Of a stretch of 44,816 nucleotides of DNA, positions 8,726 through 16,567 are shown one piece after another; within the stretch, counting starts at the first letter, position 1; every line of letters begins with the position of its first letter. The notes under the pieces were generated by a model that searched no databases, was not told the origin of the DNA, and was given only the letters and a program-made list of their open reading frames with translations. Location of the stretch: the NCBI GenBank assembly GCA_035252045.1, contig DATFDO010000196.1, positions 1-44,816 on the forward strand, read 5' to 3'. Source of the DNA: Pseudonocardiaceae bacterium. GTDB taxonomy: Bacteria > Actinomycetota > Actinomycetes > Mycobacteriales > Pseudonocardiaceae. A program made the position numbers and the translations under genes.

Positions 8726-9984
8726 TGAGGATGAGCGATGGATCGGTCATAACCGACAGCGTCGGCGCCTGGGTGTTCGCCCGGTACGCCTACGCGCCCA
8801 ATAGGCTGGGCTACTGCGGACCGACGCGCTCCGGGCAACTACTGCGCTATGGGGCAACCGGCACCATCGACACCGATCTGCGCGCCCTTGCCCGGGAGTT
8901 CCACGGCGCCTGGACCTACATGGAAACCATGGCGGAACTAGCCGGTCTGGACGATCCATTGGACCGCCGCATCGTCGAGTCCTATTGGCTTGGTGGGGAC
9001 CTGTCCCCAGACATCGACGCCAGCCTTCTCGCCAAGGCCTTGCTGGCTCGGATCACCCGGCAGACCGGCCACTACTGGGCACATCTCACCCCCGAGACCC
9101 TCGACAGCGCGGCTGCCGACCACTGCTTCCACGTGTTTGCGGTGTACCCGTGGTCGCGGCTGCTGGGTCCTGATCATTACGAGCAGCCATTACGCGTTCT
9201 GGACAATTGCCGGATCCGGTGGGGGACAGTGCTGGCCAGGCATGGCGATTTCCTCATTGTGCGTTCCAGGCACCTGACCTGGGACGGATACCGACTTGGG
9301 CTGTCGCAACCGCAGTCAGAGAAGGTGGCCCACGCCGTGGCTGGGCAGAGCTTCCTGCCCGACGTTGTGCCCGGCGACCGTGTCGCGATGCACTGGGACT
9401 GGACCTGCGACCGGTTGTCCGATCATCAGGTTGCAACGCTACGGGCAGCCACGCTCTACCAGATCGAGGCCACCAACCGCCGGTTGGCATCCCCCGGTGC
9501 ACCTCCACGTCGGGTCAGCGAACCGGTCAACTCAGGTGCCGGATGCAGCAGTCGCCATCGCCGCAGTTCGGTAGACAATGACGCCGACTGGCTCGCTGCC
9601 CATTTGCGATCGATGGTTGCCGCCAAACCTTCCTTCTGGGCTGGCAGTGACGTGACCTTGCAGCAGCTGTCCGCAATGCATCTTATTAGCGCGAACGCAC
9701 CGGTCACACTCAGCATTCTCGCTAAGTTCCTGGGCACCAAGGCGCCGGCCGCCAGCGCGATGGTCGAGCGATTGATCCGCGCCGGCCTAGTATCCCGTAT
9801 TCGCGATGAGCATGACAAGAGACGCATTCTATTGAGCTTAACGAGGAACGGCGAAAGAATGATTGGTGAAACCGATCCGGCCACGGCCACCCGTCTTCAG
9901 CGGGCGCTGAACGGCATGAGCCCAGCGGCCATGCAATGCCTGACCGAGGTTCTTCGAGATATCGCGGGCCGACTTGCCCGCTAG
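8725..9984 (+). CDS. fusion protein: uncharacterised hydrogenase-cluster domain (N) + MarR-type winged-helix domain (C)
   Basis: The start overlaps the hypC stop (TAATG). The N-terminal ~250 aa are Cys/His/Trp-rich (LGYCGP, DHCFHVFAVYPW, HWDWTCDRL). A low-complexity linker follows. The C-terminal ~135 aa form a MarR wHTH (VTLSILAKFLGTKAPAASAMVERLIRAGLVSRIRDEHDKRRILLSLT). Confidence 0.75.
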   Translation: MRMSDGSVITDSVGAWVFARYAYAPNRLGYCGPTRSGQLLRYGATGTIDTDLRALAREFHGAWTYMETMAELAGLDDPLDRRIVESYWLGGDLSPDIDASLLAKALLARITRQTGHYWAHLTPETLDSAAADHCFHVFAVYPWSRLLGPDHYEQPLRVLDNCRIRWGTVLARHGDFLIVRSRHLTWDGYRLGLSQPQSEKVAHAVAGQSFLPDVVPGDRVAMHWDWTCDRLSDHQVATLRAATLYQIEATNRRLASPGAPPRRVSEPVNSGAGCSSRHRRSSVDNDADWLAAHLRSMVAAKPSFWAGSDVTLQQLSAMHLISANAPVTLSILAKFLGTKAPAASAMVERLIRAGLVSRIRDEHDKRRILLSLTRNGERMIGETDPATATRLQRALNGMSPAAMQCLTEVLRDIAGRLAR

Positions 9985-10173
9985 CCTCTGGACTGCACCA
10001 CGAGGGCACATACGCAGCGAGAGTGATCCGCGATGTATCAGATGCTGGCCACCCAGTTGGGCCCAAGGTAACGGCGGGGGCCAGGATGCAGCGTTAGTGC
10101 CTGGCTTCGTTACTTAGCGTAGCAAGCCTTCGCACCTTACGAAGATCGCCTCGGCGGTGGTTAAATCTGCCCT

Positions 10174-10689
10174 GTGGATGACGGCAACCGTCGGCATCGC
10201 CAACGAGGTCGTCAGCGCACGACTGGAGGCTCACACGCGCTAACGACCGAGGATATCGACTGGCTCGTTGCCCACCTGCGAACAGTAGTCGCCTCCAGCC
10301 CCACGGTGTGGGCAGGCCGCGGGATGACCCTATTACAGCTCACTGCGTTGCACCTCATCAGCGCGCTGGCGCCGGTCACCCTCGCTGATGTGGCCAAGGC
10401 GCTGGGTACAAAACCACCGGCCACCTCCGCGATGGTTGACCGGTTGATCCAAGCTGGCCTCGTCTGCAGCACACCGGACCCGCAGGACCGCCGCCGCGTC
10501 CACCTAACCATTGCCGCTACCGTCACTCCGATCATGAGCAATATCAATCAAGACACCGCCACCCGCCTGCAGGAAATGCTTAACAGCATGAGCCCGCAGA
10601 ACCGCCGTCACCTGGTCGACATGCTGAGGGAGACCGTACAACAGTTCGCCGAAGATCCTGGATTCCGCCCACCGTCAGTGCCGCTATAA
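10174..10689 (+). CDS. MarR-family transcriptional regulator (paralogue of the C-terminal domain of the preceding gene)
   Basis: Contains LTALHLISALAPVTLADVAKALGTKPPATSAMVDRLIQAGLV...RRRVHLT. It is collinear with residues ~285-419 of ORF 8725-9984, about 55 % identical by hand count. The GTG start is uncertain and has no clear SD. Confidence 0.6.
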   Translation: MDDGNRRHRQRGRQRTTGGSHALTTEDIDWLVAHLRTVVASSPTVWAGRGMTLLQLTALHLISALAPVTLADVAKALGTKPPATSAMVDRLIQAGLVCSTPDPQDRRRVHLTIAATVTPIMSNINQDTATRLQEMLNSMSPQNRRHLVDMLRETVQQFAEDPGFRPPSVPL

Positions 10690-11148
10690 TCTCATAAGGG
10701 AGCAGGCCTTCTGCGTATCCCAAACACGTCGATTAAGCAGTCGATCAACTTGTCAGTAAAGATACCGACACGGGTAACGCTCGCATCCCCCGATCGGCAC
10801 GATGGCAGTCGCTTTTACGGTGCTTCCGCCCATTCCAAGTTTCACCATTAGCCTCAGCGGGGAGTCGGCCCACGATGCTAAGCGCAGCAGCACCGATGGT
10901 GTCTCTCACCGCCCAGCTCCAGAGTGCCGCAGTCCAGCTTCACCACCTGATCGTTATCCAAGCCACCCGCACGGGGCCAGAATCGGACAAAATAAGGTCC
11001 GTTCTCGACTCTCCACCCTCCATCTCAAAGAGTGGGGGTTGGAACGGTTCGGCTGACCGGCGAGGCGAGCTTGCCATCGATCAACGCATCAAACCGTAGC
11101 GAGAGCGGTAGGAGGCAACCGACCGGAGATCGGCAGAACCCCGGGAGG

Positions 11149-11586
11149 TCAGCGGGCAGAGCGGACCTGATTTTTGATCCGGGCCAGCATGGCCGCCATA
11201 CCGCGCAACCGCAGCGGGCTGACCGCCTCACCCAACCCGAGGGCCAGGTAGAAGTCGTTCGGCACAGCGAGCACAGTGTCCGCGCTCTCCCCGTCCAGGC
11301 CGGTGTACATGATCGAGGCGAATCCCCGCGTGGTTGGCGCCTCTGGGGGAGCGTCGAAAAACAGGTGCACCGTCCGCTCAGGGTCCACCTCGACCGCCAG
11401 GAACAGCGGTGTCTGGCACTCGTGCACCCGCTCCATCGCGTTGCGATGGCCGGCGTAGCGCTCCGGCAGTGCGGGCAGCTCCTGGGACAGCTCGAGCAGC
11501 AGCTGCAGCCGGTCCTTGACGCCAACCTCGGAGAAGTCGTCGACGAGCTCCGACAGCTTCGGGGGCAGTTCGACCGAGGCGGTCAC
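11149..11586 (-). CDS. SufE-like sulfur-acceptor (Fe-S metabolism associated) protein
   Basis: 145 aa. It shows ...RLQLLLELSQELPALPE..., the active-site region VHECQTPLFL, and a C-terminal LRLRGMAAMLARIK. It lies immediately downstream of a rhodanese gene, as in the mycobacterial sseA-SufE-like pairing. Confidence 0.8.
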   Translation of the reverse strand: MTASVELPPKLSELVDDFSEVGVKDRLQLLLELSQELPALPERYAGHRNAMERVHECQTPLFLAVEVDPERTVHLFFDAPPEAPTTRGFASIMYTGLDGESADTVLAVPNDFYLALGLGEAVSPLRLRGMAAMLARIKNQVRSAR

Positions 11587-11611
11587 GATGGCCTCACTCC
11601 CAGTGACATCG

Positions 11612-12531
11612 TCAGCTGACCGAGCCGCGCTCGGTACCCACCGCGATGGGTACCCGTACCGAGTTACCCCACTCGGTCCAGCTGCCGTCGTAGTTGCGTA
11701 CCTGGGAAAACCCGAGCAGATGGGTCAAGACGAACCAGGTGTGGCTGGACCGCTCGCCGATCCGGCAGTAGGCGATCACATCATCGTCCGGGAAGAGCCC
11801 CTGCTCGCGCTGGTAGATGTCCTCCAGATCTCCCTGGACTTGAAGGTACCGTCCTCGGCAGCCGCCCGGGCCCACGGCACGCTGGCCGCCCCCGGGATGT
11901 GCCCGCCGCGCACCGCGCCCTCCTGTGGGTAGTCCGGCATGTGCAGCAGCTCGCCGCTGTACTCGCCGGGTGAGCGCACGTCCACTAGCGGCTTGCCCAA
12001 GTGCGCCAGCACCTGGTCCTTGAACGCCCGGATGGTGCTGTCGTCGCGCTCAATGACGGGGTACTCAGCCCGCTCGGGTTTGGGCTGCTCGGTGGTCATC
12101 TCCCGGCCCTCGGCGACCCATTTGGCCCGGCCGCCGTCCAGGATGCGCACATCCGGGTGCCCGAACAGGCTAAACACCCACAACGCATAGGTGGCCCACC
12201 AGTTGTTCCGGTCGCCGTAGAAGACGACCGTACTATCCCGGGAGATACCCCGCTCGCCGCAGAGCCCGGCGAATCGCTGCCCGTCGACGTAGTCGCGGGT
12301 CACCGGGTCGTTCAGCTCGGTGTGCCAGTCGACCTTGACCGAGCCGGGGATGTGGCCGGTGTCGTAGAGCAGCACGTCCTCGTCGGACTCGACCACCACG
12401 AGCCCGGGCTCACCCAAATGCTCGGCCAGCCACTGGGTGGTGACCAGGCGCTCCGGATGGGCGTAGGCGGACAATTTCGAGTCTGTGTCGTTCGGTACCG
12501 GCATGGCATCGAGCCTAGTCCCCGTTTTCAC
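11612..12531 (-). pseudogene. thiosulfate sulfurtransferase (rhodanese, SseA/CysA-like) disrupted by a 1-nt frameshift
   Basis: Two track ORFs (11776-12531 and 11612-11875) together make a two-domain rhodanese. The join is at ~11829/11830: ...GTFKSRE|IWRTST* in one frame versus ...[33 protein letters not shown]... in the other. Restoring one G (AGGGAG-G-ATCTGGAG) gives a continuous GTFKSREDLEDIYQ. The catalytic loop CRIGERS lies downstream of the shift. Confidence 0.8.
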
Positions 12532-12960
12532 AGATCAGTGACCATGACGCCCACCTCGGTGAGTAGCCGCCGAACCAGCAGCAGGCTAATCCCCATCGCG
12601 TTCGGCGCGCACCGTGTGCCCGGCGATATCCCCAGCGCAGGTTCTCTCGGGCCAACCGGCAGATTACTTCGCGGACCGGAGTGTTCACCGGCGGGCGACC
12701 GGACCGGTTCGGGTAGCGCCATCTGCGGGCGACTAGACGCCGGTGCCGGACCAGCAGCGTGGCCGGCGCGACCAGCCGGTAGTTGCGCAGCTGCCGGGCC
12801 AACAGCCGGGCCCAGGCGGCCAGCACCGCTCGCTGCAGCCATGGCAGGCGCGGCCGGGCCAACCTGGCGACGCAAACCGCGACCTCGTGCCGCACCGATG
12901 TCGAGTCCGCGGCACCGGATCCCGCACGCCTTCACCGAACTTGCCACCGCCATGTGAGCT
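12528..12960 (-). pseudogene. N-terminal remnant of an integrase-core (IS3/IS481-like) transposase
   Basis: The stretch VRHEVAV..ARPRLPWLQRAVLAAWARLL...LVAPATLLVRHRRLVARRWRYPNRSGRPPVNTPVREVICRLARENLRWGYRRAHG matches the conserved N-terminal region of actinobacterial integrase-type transposases. Neighbouring frames carry the flanking pieces (..GISLLLVRRLLTEVGV), so there are at least two frameshifts. No DDE catalytic domain is present. Confidence 0.55.
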
Positions 12961-13387
12961 GAGGACCGCAGCGCCCATCCCGCTCACCACGCGACGACGC
13001 AACAGCGGCATCTGTGATGGCTGGCTCTACTTCGCGAAACTAAATGGCCGCAGACGGCGATGTAGTTGAGGCCGGCGCGGGGTGCACTAGCCTCGGTCCG
13101 GCGGGTCCAAGGCTTGGGGTGACCCGTATCGCGGCTAGCGGGGGGCCCATGCTGAAAAGACTGGCAGCGCTAGCCGGTGCGGTTAGACCATAGTGGTCGG
13201 GCAGATGGCCACCGATGCGTGGCAGGCGACTCGTTCCGGGATGACCCGGTTGTTGGGCCGTGCCGAACCGGCTCGACAGGCCGTGATCGGGGCTCAGCGA
13301 CGACGGTAATGCCGCCCTGGTGGCGATGGCCAGCGCCCGGAATGACGGACGGCTCCAGGGCATGTCCTGCGCGGCTTCGGGCGGTCC

Positions 13388-13804
13388 GTGCCGGCGCGGC
13401 GAGTCTGCACCGGGCTGCTGCTGCTCGCGTTGGCTCCCCGGCTCGTCGTCGAAACCGTGGCCCGGCTCCCGTATCCAGGACCGTCTACCTGGAATGCCGC
13501 GCAGCACTGGCTTGACCAGCACTCACCGTCCGGCACGACCGTCCTCGTCGAGCCCTATGCCCGTGGCTCAACCCGATCCGATACAAGGTGGATTTCATGC
13601 GGACGAGTCGTCGATTGCCCACCACCGCGCGGGGGCTACGTAGTGGCCAGCGAGGGGATGTACGGTCGCTTCACCGAACAACCTAAGACCTCCCCCGCCG
13701 ACGCGGCCGCCTACCAGCGGCTATTCCAAGATTTGCGTCAGGTCGCAATCTTCGATGCTCCTACCAGTCCGGTCATCCGTATCTTCAAGGTTCCTGCAGG
13801 ATAG
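13388..13804 (+). pseudogene. C-terminal fragment resembling the soluble tail of a GT-C/GT39-type membrane glycosyltransferase (or a small orphan ORF)
   Basis: The tail ...GGYVVASEGMYGRFTEQPKTSPADAAAYQRLFQDLRQVAIFDAPTSPVIRIFKV has the pattern I associate with C-termini of GT39-like proteins. There is no transmembrane body upstream. Confidence 0.3.
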
Positions 13805-14405
13805 GTGCGTCACCTAATCAGGACAGTCAGTGCCTAGAAACCAGTAACACTTCGCCGCAGGATTCGATGAAACAGCAATGAGGGGAACGCTCTGGCGTGC
13901 GTTGCCGGACTGGTCTTCGTTGGCAACGTGCTGTTTTCTCCGCCGGGCAAGGTCAGTGCCGCTGACACCGGGCATGGCCTTAACACTCCTAAATTCGCCA
14001 ACGCAGAGACCCGCGAGCTTATCGCGGCGCTTCCTGCCGAGAGCACCGTCTTCAGTAATTTGCCGGATCGTGTCAGTTATTTCGGCGATGACCGGCCGGT
14101 AGTAGAACCCAGCCTGGCCACCACGCATCCGATATTCCTCACGACGTTGCGAGAGTAAGCGATGCGCTTGGCGATGGTCCGGTCTATCTCGTCTGGTTCG
14201 ACGACAACGGCGACCACCACATCCTTTTCGCTGCGCTGGCCTACAACTTCCACCTCAACGAGGAGCTCCGCACGAATGCAGGTGTCGTATTCAGCGTGGC
14301 CAAGCTGAAAACAGGGGGTGACCCAGGCTGTTGCGTAGCGCGAGGTAGCGGTGTAGGTGCCCGAACTCGTACATCTACCAATTGATACCCATACGGTGGG
14401 CAGCC

Positions 14406-14425
14406 CTCAGCCCGGATCCACCGAT
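14406..14425. repeat. left target-site duplication (CTCAG) + left terminal inverted repeat of the IS
   Basis: Read directly: CTCAG|CCCGGATCCACCGAT. Confidence 0.9.
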
Positions 14426-16084
14426 GAGGTTTTTGTGATCGTTTAACCGTAGTTGTGGATCTTCGTTTTACTGGGTATCGCACACGGACGCGCGTAGGTG
14501 GCCGGTCTGCCCGGCTTTTCCACTGTGGTTGTTCGGTCGGGTCCTGGTTGGGCGTTGATCAGGTCAGGCGATGTGTGGCCGGTGTGGCCGGTGGATCGCG
14601 GCGTGGAGGTTGGCCCAGGCTGGTGCCCAGGGCCATTGCTGGGGCATGTGCAGGGTCAGCCGGCGGGCGGAGCGGGCGAGCCGGGCGGGGATGTTGATCA
14701 GGTGGGCGCGGATGGTGGCGGTGGTGGCGCGAGCGTGGAACGCACTGGCCAGGGCGCCAGCGGCACGGGTGAGGTTATGTGCGATCGCCCACAACACCGC
14801 CCACGCGGCGTTGGCTGGGAAAGATCCTGAGGGAAGGTGGGCCAGCGCGCTGGCGGCGGCGTCGGCGATAACCTGCTCGATGATCGCGTGAGCACGGTGC
14901 TGGGACTCGGCCTGCAGCATCTCGAAGGTGCTGGTGACGAACACCGCGTGGTAGCGCCAGACGTCGAACAGTGTGTCCTGCCCGGGCGCGGTGTGGGGGT
15001 TGCGGCGTTTGACCCGCCGCACGATCAACCGGCCGCAGACCTGCTGGGTCGTCGGGTGCGAGGTGAACGCGGTGTAGCTGATCTCGGCGACCTCGGCATC
15101 CGAGACCAGCTGTCCGGTGTGGTCATCGACGAAGGCGTGCGGGTAGTGGATCGTCGTCCACGCGGTGTCGGGGATCTGGATGATGGCGGCGGTCACGCTG
15201 GGGTTGGAGCCGGTGGTCAGCGACACCGACGCGCCGTAGCGGGCCGCGGTCGCGGCCACCTCGGCGGTGTAGAACTTGGAGTCGGCGCGCACCACGACGA
15301 CCCGGGCAGTGGGGGCCAGTGCCCGCACGGTGCTCAGCGCTTCGGCCAGAAAGCGGGCCGCTCCGCGCACGTCGGCGGCCTTGCCCCGCCGCATCCGGAC
15401 CGCGACCACCACCGGCCGAGCGATCGGAGTCGATGCGGTAGCGATCAGCGGGTGCAGGGTCTTTTTGCCTTTTAACCGGCCCACCGCGGCGCCCTGCTTG
15501 GCGTAGCCATAGACCTGGCGGTGGGTGGAGTCCAGGTCCACGAACACCACCTCCTCGGCGCCCGGCAACAGCGGCGCGCGCTGGGCCAGGGCGATCAGAC
15601 TCTGGCGCAGTACCGCGTTGAGCTGCTGCACGTGCCCGTGAGTGAACGCACGCAGGAACGTGCCCAGCGTCGAGGGAGCCCGAATCTGATCGAACATCAC
15701 ACCATTGCCGGTGTGCCGCAGCCGGTCCATGTCCTCGATCGAGTCCGCCCCGGCCACCATCCCAGCCACCAGCGACATCACCTTGGCCGTCGGGTTCGCC
15801 CCCGCACCATTCGCTGCGCCCGTGATCGCCACCTGCTCCGCGACCAACCCAGACAAACCAATCTCCCCGGCCAGCGCAAGAACCGGAACCAGACCCGCAT
15901 CAGCAATCAGATTCAGATCATCGAACGCGACATCCACCGCCGCGGCCGCATGAGACACTTTCATCGCGCGGGTGCTCCCTCGAACCAGATGAACGATTCC
16001 TCAGCAAGATCGATCATCCCAGGTCAGGCAGCACCCGCGTCCCTATACCCCCAGATACACACGAATCAGATCGGTGGATCCGGG
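14411..16084 (-). mobile_element. intact IS1380-family insertion sequence (1674 bp)
   Basis: Perfect 15-bp terminal inverted repeats: CCCGGATCCACCGAT (14411-14425) and ATCGGTGGATCCGGG (16070-16084). They are flanked by direct CTCAG repeats at 14406-14410 and 16085-16089. A single 466-aa transposase ORF lies inside. Size, CC-initiated IRs and a 4-5 bp duplication fit the IS1380 family. Confidence 0.9.
14564..15964 (-). CDS. IS1380-family DDE transposase
   Basis: 466 aa. The N-terminus ...LIADAGLVPVLALAGEIGLSGLV...AGADSIEDMDRLRHTGNGVMFDQIRAPSTLGTFLRAF is typical of IS1380-type transposases. The frame is full length and uninterrupted. Confidence 0.93.
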   Translation of the reverse strand: MKVSHAAAAVDVAFDDLNLIADAGLVPVLALAGEIGLSGLVAEQVAITGAANGAGANPTAKVMSLVAGMVAGADSIEDMDRLRHTGNGVMFDQIRAPSTLGTFLRAFTHGHVQQLNAVLRQSLIALAQRAPLLPGAEEVVFVDLDSTHRQVYGYAKQGAAVGRLKGKKTLHPLIATASTPIARPVVVAVRMRRGKAADVRGAARFLAEALSTVRALAPTARVVVVRADSKFYTAEVAATAARYGASVSLTTGSNPSVTAAIIQIPDTAWTTIHYPHAFVDDHTGQLVSDAEVAEISYTAFTSHPTTQQVCGRLIVRRVKRRNPHTAPGQDTLFDVWRYHAVFVTSTFEMLQAESQHRAHAIIEQVIADAAASALAHLPSGSFPANAAWAVLWAIAHNLTRAAGALASAFHARATTATIRAHLINIPARLARSARRLTLHMPQQWPWAPAWANLHAAIHRPHRPHIA

Positions 16085-16089
16085 CTCAG
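16070..16089. repeat. right terminal inverted repeat of the IS + right target-site duplication (CTCAG)
   Basis: Read directly: ATCGGTGGATCCGGG|CTCAG. Confidence 0.9.
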
Positions 16090-16284
16090 AAAGCCGCCCT
16101 CGATGTGCGCATGGGCGGCCATTGCAGTGCGAACCCGGATCCTAATCCGGTTACGCTTCCCCTTAGTCATCCCACCGAACACCGATATTACCAAATCATG
16201 CGCCTCGGACCCCGGGTCGAGCGCTCCCCCGACCTCAGGAACCCACAACTGAATGCCGTAATGGACAAACACCGGAAAGGTCAA
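16085..16284 (-). pseudogene. serine-recombinase (resolvase-domain) fragment interrupted by the IS
   Basis: HYGIQLWVPEVGGALDPGSEAHDLVISVFGGMTKGKRNRIRIRVRTAMAAHAHIEGGFL matches the conserved ...GVQLWxPExGG...SKxExxRIxxRxxxAM... block of actinobacterial large serine recombinases. The expected continuation GCPPYGYQLVD is found on the other side of the IS (about 14360-14405, minus strand) in a different frame. Confidence 0.55.
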
Positions 16285-16567
16285 CCCGTACTGGTTGCCG
16301 TAAAAATGAACCGCTGCACCCAGCGGTACACCGAGACGTGGTCAACAACGACACCACTGAACAGAGACGGGCGCCCCTCCCTCCCTAGCATTCGCCGAGC
16401 GTGGCGGCGAACACTTGGCCTACTGGCAGATCGCGGTCACCGGCGGAGGTGGCGGAATCTGCTACTTATCCAGCATGTCGAAAACGATCACCGCCTTCTG
16501 ACCGAACACACAGGAGGCAGAATTGCTGCGAAGACGATGGGGCGAGCAGCGGGACTGATGCCTCCAG

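Noticed and set aside
10802-11099. Small plus-strand ORFs between the second MarR gene and the SufE-like gene.
   Set aside because: They have no SD, no recognisable motifs and poor codon bias. The region is treated as intergenic, possibly containing decayed sequence.
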